Assembly: GCA_964409035.1 (NCBI GenBank)
Contig: CAYPBQ010000002.1
Coordinates: 11,192 to 75,191 of the forward strand
DNA: 64,000 bases
Source of the DNA: an uncultured Candidatus Saccharibacteria bacterium
GTDB lineage: Bacteria; Patescibacteriota; Minisyncoccia; Phycocordibacterales; UBA12088
Direction: 5' to 3'
Under the pieces are notes generated by a model. The model had not been told where the DNA came from, did no database searches, and saw only the letters and a program-made list of their open reading frames with translations. Both the position numbers and the translations under genes were made by a program. This document shows positions 10,255-19,637 of this stretch, one piece after another (the first letter of the stretch is position 1; every line of letters begins with the position of its first letter).

Positions 10255-10440
10255 TTACTTATCCTTCCAGGATTTTTTCAAGTCCTTCCAGAATCTCTTG
10301 TGAATTTCTATGGTGTCAGCAAGGTGCTTTTCGGCCAGATGCTTCACGTCACCACCAGCTTCTTCTATTATTTCTTGATGGATTCTAATTTCTTCTTGAG
10401 CGTGATCCTTTAATGCTTGTATCGCTTTTTTTAGATTCAT
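10255..10440 (-). CDS. Small hypothetical protein (61 aa, charged, helical)
   Basis: ORF only. Sits inside the operon-like array. Confidence 0.3.
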   Translation of the reverse strand: MNLKKAIQALKDHAQEEIRIHQEIIEEAGGDVKHLAEKHLADTIEIHKRFWKDLKKSWKDK

Positions 10441-10506
10441 ATAATTTTTATTAATTTGTAATGATTGTGGTCGGCTGTTTTCTAGGATTTAAGATCATGT
10501 AATAAC

Positions 10507-11130
10507 TTATTTATACCAGTTGGTATACCAATCCTGCATCTGCTGTATTTCCTCTGACTGTGATTTGATAATATTCTTTGCAAGTTGTTGCATCTCTGGT
10601 CTACCAGTACCGGATTCAAGCATTCGCGCCATCATAATGGCCATCTGATGATGAGGAATCATCTGCTCAATAAATTCCTTGTCAAAATCAGATGCGTTTT
10701 TTAGAACTTCAATGTCTTGAGTACTGCCCATATGCATACCGCCCTGCGACATCATTCCACCCATCCCTAGGTTCGCACCGCTTGGAACGCTTTTCCCAAA
10801 CCAATCCTGATACCATGCGCGCATTTCCTGATTTTCTGCAGTCTGAGCTTTGAGGATCGCCTGAGCCAATGTTTTAATCTCCGGACGAGTTGCTTTCTCC
10901 AAAGCCAGATTTGCCATGGCGATTGCTCCGTCATGGTGCGGGATCATTTGCTCGATGAAATGCTGATCAATAGAACTCGCAATTCCTTTACGTGCACTCG
11001 GATTTTGGCCATAGTTCCAAGACATCATTCCTCCATACCTCATAATGGGAGTAAAAAGTGTGGCAAGAATGAGCCCGATCACAATTCCTCCTATCCCGTA
11101 TATTATTTTGTTGTTTTGATTGTTGTTCAT
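10507..11130 (-). CDS. DUF305 domain protein (tandem repeat), copper-resistance associated
   Basis: Two copies of the FIEQMIPHH(D/Q)xAIxMA motif. Confidence 0.75.
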   Translation of the reverse strand: MNNNQNNKIIYGIGGIVIGLILATLFTPIMRYGGMMSWNYGQNPSARKGIASSIDQHFIEQMIPHHDGAIAMANLALEKATRPEIKTLAQAILKAQTAENQEMRAWYQDWFGKSVPSGANLGMGGMMSQGGMHMGSTQDIEVLKNASDFDKEFIEQMIPHHQMAIMMARMLESGTGRPEMQQLAKNIIKSQSEEIQQMQDWYTNWYK

Positions 11131-11140
11131 AGTGTTTTAG

Positions 11141-11341
11141 TTAATTATTTGAATTTGTAATTAATGTGCTTGTTGCTGATGGTTCTTGTACTGTTTTCCT
11201 AGAGCCGTTCCTATTGTCCCGAGTGATATATGCATAACTAAAAAGTAGAACAGCGAAAATTATTGTTATTGCGAGTTTCTTTGGTTCTATCTTTTCAGAA
11301 TGGTTGTGCATAATATCTTTAATCTTTAAGTGCCTCATCAA
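11141..11341 (-). CDS. Small membrane protein, hypothetical
   Basis: ORF with one TM segment. Confidence 0.25.
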   Translation of the reverse strand: MMRHLKIKDIMHNHSEKIEPKKLAITIIFAVLLFSYAYITRDNRNGSRKTVQEPSATSTLITNSNN

Positions 11342-11972
11342 TCAGTTTCTTGAAGGGTTCATATCCTTGTGGATTTTCAATTTTTTTACCGTTAAGGAAA
11401 AATGATGGAGTTCCTTGGAGATTGAGACTTACAGCTTCTTTATAACTATCGTCCACACGCTTTTTCACCTCATCACTAGTGACATCTTTTTTCCATTGCT
11501 CGATATTTACACCAGCTTCAATTGCATACTTTTCAAACTGATTTTGGTTTGTGAATTGACCTTCACCCCACTCCTTTTGTTTATTGAAAAGCACATCATG
11601 CATTTCCCAAAACTTTCCTTGTTTTCCTGCCGCTTCAACTGCATAAGCCGCCGTTTTAGAATTTTTGTGTCCTGGTAAAGGAAAATAACGAACCACAAAA
11701 AGAATAGATTCTTTGTACTCATCCTTTATCTGTCTAATCAAAGGATAGTACGCTCCACATGCTTCACATTCAAAATCAAGGTATTCAACAAGAACAACCT
11801 TTGCTGTAGTACTTCCGATAGCCCAATCATTTCCTTTGATTTCCAGTGTAGAAGCCTGAGTAGTATTAGTATTTTCAATTTTATCTTCTGATTTTTTGTA
11901 ACTTCCTTTTGCCATAAAGAATACTATGACAATAAGAACAACAATACCGATAATAACTTTAAGATGTTTCAT
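11319..11972 (-). CDS. DsbA-like thiol:disulfide oxidoreductase (thioredoxin fold, membrane-anchored)
   Basis: CEAC active site in a DsbA-like context. N-terminal TM. Confidence 0.75.
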   Translation of the reverse strand: MKHLKVIIGIVVLIVIVFFMAKGSYKKSEDKIENTNTTQASTLEIKGNDWAIGSTTAKVVLVEYLDFECEACGAYYPLIRQIKDEYKESILFVVRYFPLPGHKNSKTAAYAVEAAGKQGKFWEMHDVLFNKQKEWGEGQFTNQNQFEKYAIEAGVNIEQWKKDVTSDEVKKRVDDSYKEAVSLNLQGTPSFFLNGKKIENPQGYEPFKKLIDEALKD

Positions 11973-12429
11973 ATTTATCTTTATTTAGACTAATAAATGC
12001 AAGAACTGTAATAACTGCGAATGAGACGAGTCCCATAAACGGAATGGTTATAAAACCAAACCATTCAAAAAACTTGGTTGTGCATGATATTCCAAGTGTA
12101 CATGGAGCAATACTTTCAGGAAGTACTTTCCAATAAAGTAGATTGTGATAGATAGAAATTATAAAACCAGGAATTGCTAGAGCAAGAACGGAAATATAAA
12201 GTTTTCTATCGCCTCGCATAATACCAATAGCAGTAAGAATAACTATCGGATACATTGCAATACGCTGATACCAACAGAGAACGCACGGAGGTAAATTCAT
12301 TACCTCACTGAAAAACAGACTTCCTGCCATAGCTATACCTGCTTGTAGCAATATGCCATAATGAAGTGTTTCAACATAAATTTTGTTAATAATTTTTTGC
12401 ATAGTTTTAATTTTAGATTTTACAAACAA
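11959..12429 (-). CDS. Disulfide bond formation protein B (DsbB/BdbC family)
   Basis: CVLCWYQR motif in TM1 and a second Cys pair (CTLGISC). Confidence 0.75.
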   Translation of the reverse strand: MFVKSKIKTMQKIINKIYVETLHYGILLQAGIAMAGSLFFSEVMNLPPCVLCWYQRIAMYPIVILTAIGIMRGDRKLYISVLALAIPGFIISIYHNLLYWKVLPESIAPCTLGISCTTKFFEWFGFITIPFMGLVSFAVITVLAFISLNKDKYETS

Positions 12430-12952
12430 GAGGGTCTACTATTTTTTTAGCAGTTAGATAGATTGCAACTACAAGAAGTAAGACCCCTATAATTCCAAAT
12501 TCACTACCTCCAAGTGGAAGAAGTGCCAAAACACTTCCAGTACCGAAAAAAGTTAAACTAGTCAGAAGAAATGATCCACAAGCAGCACATCCGACTCCCA
12601 AGAGTCCGCTTAGAGCACCTAGAAATCCAGTAGCCACCCCACTTTGCCCAACTTCTTTGATTCTACGTTTCAGAAAGTATGTCATCATCGAAATGTACAC
12701 TCCAAATAAAATAGAAATCAAGATAGTGTAAGAAGCAGAAAACAAAGTGAAGTTAGTAGTGATAGAACCCAAGAGACTAAATGGTAATTCAATTTTAGTT
12801 GCAAGAGGTACATCTCCCGAAGTGACCAAACTTACGATTAAGTTAATGTTTGGCAGCCATACCGCAAACGCAAAAGCTACAATGCCTACAACTATTGTAA
12901 GAACTACATATACCACTTTTTGATATACCTCTTGTAAGGCTCGAATTAACAT
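12413..12952 (-). CDS. Polytopic membrane protein with a vicinal Cys motif (GVGCAACG), function unknown
   Basis: Four or more TM helices. CAAC lies in a helix. Sandwiched between dsbB and dsbA. Confidence 0.45.
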   Translation of the reverse strand: MLIRALQEVYQKVVYVVLTIVVGIVAFAFAVWLPNINLIVSLVTSGDVPLATKIELPFSLLGSITTNFTLFSASYTILISILFGVYISMMTYFLKRRIKEVGQSGVATGFLGALSGLLGVGCAACGSFLLTSLTFFGTGSVLALLPLGGSEFGIIGVLLLVVAIYLTAKKIVDPLVCKI

Positions 12953-12961
12953 ATTTTTCTG

Positions 12962-13696
12962 CTATTTATTTTGAAGTGCGAGATCAATTAGTTGCTTAAC
13001 AGATGCCAGAGGTTGAGAGCCTGAAAGTGGATATTTCTTTCCTTTTGGACCGACAACAATACTCCATGGGGTGCCTTGTCCACCAGTTGCTACTGCATTT
13101 TGAACATGCTCTTCAATTTTTTGTGCATACTTTCCACTTGTAAGACATTCGTTGAATTTATTTTTATCTAGACCAACATATTCCGCAATTTTTGGAAGCT
13201 CTGCTGGATCAAGACCATTGTTTGCAGGAGTAATTTCCATAAGACGATCTAGGTATGCCCAGAATTTATCGTTACCACCGAGTTCAGCGGCACATTCAGT
13301 TGCCTCAGCCTCTTTACGAGCTTTTGAGTGAAGTTGATCAAGTGGAAAGTGCCGATAGACCCACGCAACCTTGCCGTTCTTTCCATATTCATCCATGACC
13401 TGTTGCATAGTTGGATGGAATCTTTTACAGAAAGGACACTCTGTATCCGAGTATTCAACTATTTTTACTGGTGCATTTATATCGCCCCTAATATGATCTT
13501 CTGATGTCACAGGAATCATTTTATCCAAGTCACCAGTTTCTTGTACTATTGCTTGTCCTTGAGTATTTACTGCATTACTACTAGGGGTTTTACCGCTACT
13601 ATATGCTACAGCCCAAGCAATAAGGGCTCCTGCAATAACAATAGCAATTGGTATCGCTAGATTATTTTTTTGAATTATTTGTGTGGGTTCTTCCAT
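12962..13696 (-). CDS. DsbA-like thiol:disulfide oxidoreductase (second copy)
   Basis: CPFC active site in a thioredoxin-fold context. N-terminal TM. Confidence 0.75.
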   Translation of the reverse strand: MEEPTQIIQKNNLAIPIAIVIAGALIAWAVAYSSGKTPSSNAVNTQGQAIVQETGDLDKMIPVTSEDHIRGDINAPVKIVEYSDTECPFCKRFHPTMQQVMDEYGKNGKVAWVYRHFPLDQLHSKARKEAEATECAAELGGNDKFWAYLDRLMEITPANNGLDPAELPKIAEYVGLDKNKFNECLTSGKYAQKIEEHVQNAVATGGQGTPWSIVVGPKGKKYPLSGSQPLASVKQLIDLALQNK

Positions 13697-13761
13697 AGAG
13701 ACATAAAATTAAATTAATAAAACCACCATCAAAAAATTGAGGGTGTATTTAATTAATGCCA

Positions 13762-14178
13762 CTAGAAAAGTTTGGGGTTCAGAATACCTTGAGAAAAAGC
13801 TTCTTGAAGATAGTCAGATACTGAAATATTCCTTGAGTAAAAACGGTTTATCCCCAGTTCTAGTCGTGAAAAATTCTCTAGAGAAAGTTTATTAAAATAT
13901 TTTAATCCAAGTAAAGCCAGTAGGGTTAGAAGTATGGAAAGAATTATCGACAAGATGTCTTTTGAAGGAAGTGTAGTAAACATACTTTGCCACTCTTCTA
14001 GATGCTCCAGTGGGTTCATGCTACATATAGACATTGAATGACCAGAGAATGGACATCTTGTCATTGTCCCGCCTATATCCATACCAACCTGTGATATGCC
14101 GAAAACTGCAACTAAGATAAAGATAGTGGCTATAAACGAAAAAATATTTTTGACTACCGTGCTTTTGAGAATAAACAT
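13762..14178 (-). CDS. Membrane protein with a Cys cluster (CPFSGH..C..C), hypothetical
   Basis: TM helices plus the Cys-rich loop. No recognisable family. Confidence 0.35.
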   Translation of the reverse strand: MFILKSTVVKNIFSFIATIFILVAVFGISQVGMDIGGTMTRCPFSGHSMSICSMNPLEHLEEWQSMFTTLPSKDILSIILSILLTLLALLGLKYFNKLSLENFSRLELGINRFYSRNISVSDYLQEAFSQGILNPKLF

Positions 14179-14368
14179 GAATAAAGTATATCAGATTTTA
14201 TTCAACAAAAAAATCACCTATCCAGGCGATTTTTTTGTCTTGAATACTGCTCTCAGCAGGTATGCGACGACGGAATAGATGGCTTATGCGGTTTCTCCGT
14301 CCTAGACGGGTCGCTCTTTACTTCATCAAAATATCATTATTTTGACGCGTCTTGAGCGTCGCACGAGC

Positions 14369-14442
14369 TGGCTGCCGGACTTGGACTCGAACCAAGATAC
14401 ACGCCTCCAGAGGGCGTAGTCCTACCATTAGACGATCCGGCA
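14369..14442 (-). tRNA. tRNA-Gln (anticodon CUG), CCA encoded
   Basis: Manual cloverleaf: acceptor TGCCGGA/TCCGGCA, anticodon stem ACGCC/GGCGT, loop CTCTGGA, T-loop TTCGAGT. Confidence 0.7.
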
Positions 14443-14546
14443 AAGATATGCGTAATAACCCAGATACGCAACATACGCTATTTGCGCACATGGACTATAG
14501 CATATTGCTCATGTGGTCGCATCCCACACCAAAACGTGAAGATACC

Positions 14547-15074
14547 CTAAAAGAGGTAGTGGTATACAAATGAGGTGATGATATCTGCCTCAGGTCCACG
14601 CGTTATTATGGCCCCAAGCGCGCCGGTTATCACCAAAGAAATAAATCCAATAGCAGCAACTACCGGCGCAAACCATCCATCAGTCATATGAAGCGCGAGG
14701 GCATACTTGATGTCGTATATTTTTTTGAAAAGAATCCATCTACTAATCACAAATAGCTTAAATGCGGTTCCGTGAGAAAGTCTGAGCGCATACGCACTAG
14801 CAAGAATCGCAAATATAAGAAAGGTGATAATGGCAAACGCTTCGTGTGTTTCTATCACCTCATGAATAACCTCTTGCTCACCAAGCATTTCCTCTGCGTA
14901 CATTCCAAAAAGGATGGTAGGAAGCGTAGTGATAGCGCCAAATATAACTAACACACCCTTTATCAGCACCAGCTTTTCGTGTCTTCGAAAAAAGATATAG
15001 CTAGCGCACTCAATAAGTGCATACAGTGAGAGAAGCGCTATTGGAAAGTGGACTAGAAGTGGATGAAGGTTCAT
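14547..15074 (-). CDS. DUF2231-like membrane protein
   Basis: N-terminal LHPLLVHFPIAL motif. Polytopic. Confidence 0.45.
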   Translation of the reverse strand: MNLHPLLVHFPIALLSLYALIECASYIFFRRHEKLVLIKGVLVIFGAITTLPTILFGMYAEEMLGEQEVIHEVIETHEAFAIITFLIFAILASAYALRLSHGTAFKLFVISRWILFKKIYDIKYALALHMTDGWFAPVVAAIGFISLVITGALGAIITRGPEADIITSFVYHYLF

Positions 15075-15081
15075 ACGAACA

Positions 15082-16764
15082 TTATACTCCTTTCTTAATT
15101 TTAGCTGCCTTTATAAATGCACTAAAAAGAGGATGTGGAGAAAGTGGGCGAGCTAAAAACTCTGGGTGAAATTGCGTGCCAAGCATAAATGGATGTTCTT
15201 CTTTTGAGAGCTCGGTAATTTCCATAAGAGTGCCGTCTGGGGATACTCCAGAAAAGATGAGCCCTGCCCTTTCGAGGCGTTCAATGTATTCTGGATTTAC
15301 CTCGTAGCGGTGACGGTGCCGCTCTACTACGCTGTCACTTCCGTATGCAGCGCGCGCAATGGTTCCCTTCTTCAAGTTTGCTGGGTAATCACCAAGGCGC
15401 ATAGTGCCCCCGTAGTCACTATTTTTCATTTTTTCTTTTTGGTCTGGCATTATGTCAATGACAAGATCGCCTGCGTTTGGCTTTATCTCGCGGGTGTGCG
15501 CGCCTGGTATATGCGCCTTATTGCGGGCGTACTCTATAACCATAAGTTGCATACCGTAGCAAAGTCCAAAATAAGGTATCTTCTTTTTTCGAGCATACTC
15601 AATGACATTTATTTTGCCTTCGATGCCAGTCTCCCCAAAACCTCCTGGTACCAAAATGCCGTCGTAGCTATCAAGTACAAAGAGCCCTTTCCCGTCTTCA
15701 AAATCTTGCGCAGAGATGTAGTCAATCTTTGGAATAACCCCAAGCGCATACGCAGAATACTTGAGTGCCTCAAGTACAGATATATACACGTCCGAAAGAA
15801 CAAAATCCCCCGAGCCAAAATATTTGCCCACAACGGCTATGCTTACCACATGCTTTGCATTTTTCTTTTTGGCGGTAAATGCTTTCCACTCTTTTAGGTC
15901 TGCAGTGTGTCCGCACGAAAGTGTGAGAAGCTCACAAAGCCGCTCGGTGAGCTGGTCTTTTTCAAAATTGAGAGGAACATCATACACACTCTCAACATCT
16001 GGCGCAGAAATAATATTTTCCTCCTGCACATTGCAAAAGGTTGCAATCTTCTCTTTTCTCTTTTTATCTATAGCAACAGGTGCTCGCGCGATAATAATAT
16101 CCGCAAATACTCCCGCGCTATTAAGTTCACGCGCGGCGTGCTGCGTGGGTTTTGTTTTCATTTCTCCAATGGAGCCTGGCACAGGAAGATACGACACAAG
16201 CACTGTTCCCACATTCTTTGGTTCGCGTATTTTGAGAAGGCGGATTGCTTCAAGAAAAAGGATGTTTTCATACTCACCCACGGTGCCTCCTATCTCAATA
16301 ATAACCACATCAGCGTGAGCAGTTTCTCCTGCCTTTTTTATTCGGGCGATTACCTCGTTAGGTATGTCTGGTACTACTTGCACATTTTTACCCTTGTACT
16401 CAAGATTTCGCTCCTTTTCAATAACGGCGCGATACACACTCCCCGTGGTCATGTAGTTGATACTTGGTATCGAGGTATTGAGAAAACGCTCATAGTTGCC
16501 CATGTCTTGATCTGTCTCGAGCCCATCATGGAGAACAAACACTTCACCATGCTCGGTTGGATTCATGGTACCGGCATCAACATTGATGTACGGGTCTATC
16601 TTCATCGCGGTAACGGTAAGTCCGCGAGATTTAAGCAACATAGCAATAGAGGAAGAAGTGATCCCCTTACCAACTCCGCTCATTACCCCACCCACTACAA
16701 AGAGGTACTTTGTTGGAGTTTTTTTAGCAGACGATCGTGAAGTTCGGGCGGGCGGCATTTTCAT
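15082..16764 (-). CDS. pyrG: CTP synthase
   Basis: GGVMSGVGKG P-loop, a synthetase domain and a C-terminal glutamine amidotransferase domain (GLCYGMQ, HPEF). Confidence 0.95.
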   Translation of the reverse strand: MKMPPARTSRSSAKKTPTKYLFVVGGVMSGVGKGITSSSIAMLLKSRGLTVTAMKIDPYINVDAGTMNPTEHGEVFVLHDGLETDQDMGNYERFLNTSIPSINYMTTGSVYRAVIEKERNLEYKGKNVQVVPDIPNEVIARIKKAGETAHADVVIIEIGGTVGEYENILFLEAIRLLKIREPKNVGTVLVSYLPVPGSIGEMKTKPTQHAARELNSAGVFADIIIARAPVAIDKKRKEKIATFCNVQEENIISAPDVESVYDVPLNFEKDQLTERLCELLTLSCGHTADLKEWKAFTAKKKNAKHVVSIAVVGKYFGSGDFVLSDVYISVLEALKYSAYALGVIPKIDYISAQDFEDGKGLFVLDSYDGILVPGGFGETGIEGKINVIEYARKKKIPYFGLCYGMQLMVIEYARNKAHIPGAHTREIKPNAGDLVIDIMPDQKEKMKNSDYGGTMRLGDYPANLKKGTIARAAYGSDSVVERHRHRYEVNPEYIERLERAGLIFSGVSPDGTLMEITELSKEEHPFMLGTQFHPEFLARPLSPHPLFSAFIKAAKIKKGV

Positions 16765-16769
16765 AACTA

Positions 16770-17756
16770 TCAGACATTGAGGTAGCGCTTAACCGCTAGG
16801 TAACTTGAAACCGCGCCAAGCATAATACCTGCACCCACCAAAATGAGGAACAAGACACCGAAGTTGTGCGTGTAGTATTGGAATAGGTCTATCGTTGAAT
16901 CAAAGTACTCACGAGTCTTTGGACCAAGCGCAAGTGCGATTGGATAAAAGAGGATGAGTGTAAGTAGTCCAGCAAACGCACCGTACATAATACCCTGAAA
17001 TACAAATGGCCCACGGATATACTGATTAGACGCACCAACAAGACGCATCACAGTTATCTCATCGCGTGCGGTGTATATCGCAAGGCGGATAGTGGTAAAG
17101 GTAATAAGGATAGAGGCGATAACCAATACCACAGTAACTGCAAGACCTAATGCTTCTGCGCTCTTGATGATGTCAGAGAGGCGGTCTATGGCAACTTTGT
17201 TTTTGAAATAATTCACCTCATCAATGATAGGAGTACCGTCTTTTGATAGCGCGTTGGTGTCGTCAGAGAGAAATTCTGCAATACCCTCATACTGAGAGGG
17301 TTCTTTAGCCTTAATTGAAAGAGCTGCTCCAAGAGGGTTATCCCCTAATTCTTCAAGTGCCTGAAGCATAAGCTGATCATTTGCGTGGCGCTCTTTAAAG
17401 CGCGTGAGTGCATCCTCGCTTGAGATATATTCGACTCGCTCTACCTGTGGCAAGCCTTCTATTTGTCGTTGAATAGTTTGTATGTCTTCAGTTGATGCAT
17501 TTACTGTGAAGTACACATTTATATCCACCTTGTCTCTGAATATCTGAAGCGCGGTGCTAAGCATTGCGTTTACAAATATGAGAGAGCCTATCACAAACAG
17601 TGTGACAGTCATTACCAAAATAGCAGCAAGTGATACAAAGCTATTGCGCCAAAAGCCGACAAAGCCTGCCTGTATTATTCTTTTTGTATTTATCCAAAGC
17701 ATGTGTGTGTTATAGAGAATACTTACCCTCCTTATCATCACGAACCACTCTTCCAT
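16770..17756 (-). CDS. ftsX: Cell-division ABC transporter permease FtsX
   Basis: FtsX topology: N-terminal TM, periplasmic loop and three C-terminal TMs. Downstream of ftsE. Confidence 0.85.
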   Translation of the reverse strand: MEEWFVMIRRVSILYNTHMLWINTKRIIQAGFVGFWRNSFVSLAAILVMTVTLFVIGSLIFVNAMLSTALQIFRDKVDINVYFTVNASTEDIQTIQRQIEGLPQVERVEYISSEDALTRFKERHANDQLMLQALEELGDNPLGAALSIKAKEPSQYEGIAEFLSDDTNALSKDGTPIIDEVNYFKNKVAIDRLSDIIKSAEALGLAVTVVLVIASILITFTTIRLAIYTARDEITVMRLVGASNQYIRGPFVFQGIMYGAFAGLLTLILFYPIALALGPKTREYFDSTIDLFQYYTHNFGVLFLILVGAGIMLGAVSSYLAVKRYLNV

Positions 17757-18390
17757 TATCCATAGTGATTACCCTCCTGCGTATCGAGTCTACCACGCCC
17801 TTGTTGTGGGTTGTAAGGACAACAGTGGTACCAAGATCATTTATCTTTTTGAGAATCTGTACTACCTCGTAGGTATTGATAGGATCAAGGTTGCCAGTAG
17901 GCTCATCAGCAATAATCATCTCTGGTTGATTTACTATCGCGCGCGCGATAGCAACACGCTGTTTTTCTCCTCCAGAAAGTTCGTGAGGAAAATTCCACAT
18001 CTTGTCACCTAGGTCAACAAGATCAAGTACGTGTGGCACATCCGCTGCTATCTCCTCATCTTCCCTTCCTGCGGCCTCCATAGCAAAGGCGATATTTTCA
18101 AATGCGGTTTTATTGGGGAGTAGTCTAAAATCTTGAAACACTGTTCCGACCTTTCTGCGGTACTCATTGAGGGACTTTCGTGGAATCTGATGTATATCAA
18201 CTGAATGGAAAAATACTCTTCCATCTGAAGGAGCGTCTTCCGCTAACAACATTTTAAGTAAGGTTGTTTTACCTGCGCCTGAGTGACCTACTACCGATAC
18301 AAATTCGCCCGGCTCAATGGAGAGAGAGACGTTATCAAGTGCCACAGAATTATCATTATATATTTTTGAAACTCGGTCGAAATATATCAT
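17710..18390 (-). CDS. ftsE: Cell-division ABC ATPase FtsE
   Basis: GHSGAGKTT Walker A, LSGGEKQR signature, IIADEPTGNLD Walker B. Confidence 0.9.
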   Translation of the reverse strand: MIYFDRVSKIYNDNSVALDNVSLSIEPGEFVSVVGHSGAGKTTLLKMLLAEDAPSDGRVFFHSVDIHQIPRKSLNEYRRKVGTVFQDFRLLPNKTAFENIAFAMEAAGREDEEIAADVPHVLDLVDLGDKMWNFPHELSGGEKQRVAIARAIVNQPEMIIADEPTGNLDPINTYEVVQILKKINDLGTTVVLTTHNKGVVDSIRRRVITMDNGRVVRDDKEGKYSL

Positions 18391-18440
18391 GGATAAATTG
18401 ACAATTGATGTACATGCCCTTGTTAGAGTATGTACTGATT

Positions 18441-19331
18441 TTACCCCACTTGAGACATGCCGTCTATAAACATTTGTATATCACCTTCTTCAAGGACGCT
18501 GTCAACATTGCCGGTTTCGATAGAGGTGCGGTGATCTTTTACCAACTGATATGGGTGAAGTACGTAGGAGCGTATTTGGCTGCCCCATTCAATCTTGCCT
18601 ACATCCGTAGAAAGCTCGGCGATGGTCTCCTTTCTTTCTCGTTCCATAAGGGTAAAAAGCTTAGCGCTGATCATGGCAATCGCCTTTTCTTTATTAGCAT
18701 TTTGATACCGCTCGCCATCCACATGAGCAGATACTCCTGTGGGGATATGCACAACTCGCACCGCAGTCTCACGCTTGTTTACATTTTGCCCACCTGGACC
18801 AGAAGATTTGGTATATGAGATATCAAGATCAGATTCTGGTATATCCATGACACCGGTCTTTTCAATCACAGGCAACACCTCAATAAGTACAAATGAGGTT
18901 TGACGCTTTCCACCCGCATTAAATGGTGAGATACGCACCAACCTATGCACGCCGTATTCATGCTTGAGCTCCCCATAGGCTCCCTTTCCAGAAACTTCAA
19001 TTGAAAGATTTCGATACCCACCATGATCATTTTCATGAAGATGAAGCACGTGCACATTCCAATTCTTTTTTGCACAAAATTTTTGATACATGCGTAGCAA
19101 CATGCCAGCAAAATCTTCTGCATCATCTCCACCCGCGCCTGCATAGATAGAAAGTATGGCACCACCTTTATCATATTTACCTACTCCCTCTCGTGCATCT
19201 TTAAGCTCTTCATATTCCTTCAAAAGTGCTTGCGCTCTCTTTGGATCACTCCAAAAATCACTCGCATACATTGCGGACTCGATTTCCTTAATTCGAATCT
19301 CTATTGCATCTTTATTCATGTGTATATCCAC
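18441..19331 (-). CDS. prfB: Peptide chain release factor 2 (in-frame, no programmed frameshift)
   Basis: SPF tripeptide (RISPFNAGG) and GGQ motif (SGPGGQNVN). Confidence 0.9.
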   Translation of the reverse strand: MDIHMNKDAIEIRIKEIESAMYASDFWSDPKRAQALLKEYEELKDAREGVGKYDKGGAILSIYAGAGGDDAEDFAGMLLRMYQKFCAKKNWNVHVLHLHENDHGGYRNLSIEVSGKGAYGELKHEYGVHRLVRISPFNAGGKRQTSFVLIEVLPVIEKTGVMDIPESDLDISYTKSSGPGGQNVNKRETAVRVVHIPTGVSAHVDGERYQNANKEKAIAMISAKLFTLMERERKETIAELSTDVGKIEWGSQIRSYVLHPYQLVKDHRTSIETGNVDSVLEEGDIQMFIDGMSQVG

Positions 19332-19358
19332 ACTACCACATTACACTAGTGGCAAATG

Positions 19359-19431
19359 AGCCACCTCCCAGAATCGAACTGGGGACCTACGCGTTACGAA
19401 TGCGTTGCTCTGCCAACTGAGCTAAGGTGGC
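19359..19431 (-). tRNA. tRNA-Thr (anticodon CGU)
   Basis: Manual cloverleaf: acceptor GCCACCT/AGGTGGC, anticodon loop TTCGTAA, T-loop TTCGATT. One A-C mismatch at the base of the anticodon stem. Confidence 0.65.
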
Positions 19432-19472
19432 TACTATGTTATAAGTGATATCACAACACACTTGTTATTATG

Positions 19473-19545
19473 AGCCGATGTCCGGGATTGAACCGGAGAC
19501 CTCCCCCTTACCATGGGGGTGCTCTACCAACTGAGCTACATCGGC
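19473..19545 (-). tRNA. tRNA-Thr (anticodon GGU)
   Basis: Acceptor GCCGATG/CATCGGC, anticodon stem CCCCC/GGGGG, loop ATGGTAA, T-loop TTCAATC. Confidence 0.75.
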
Positions 19546-19637
19546 ACGTACCATATATTTAGTACGACCTAGAGCGCATGGTATCTAAAAAAGGACAAGA
19601 ATGCAAAGTATCATGCTATATAGTAGAGTAATCGGGT

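Noticed and set aside
15310-16780. Long antisense ORFs inside pyrG (15310-15897, 15761-16318, 15907-16740 and others)
   Set aside because: They lie entirely opposite a strongly supported CTP synthase gene and have Cys/Ser/Arg-rich, low-complexity translations typical of antisense frames.
18441-19359. Programmed +1 frameshift site in prfB
   Set aside because: I looked for an upstream short frame ending in CUU UGA. The ORF is a single continuous frame and tRNA genes occupy the upstream space.
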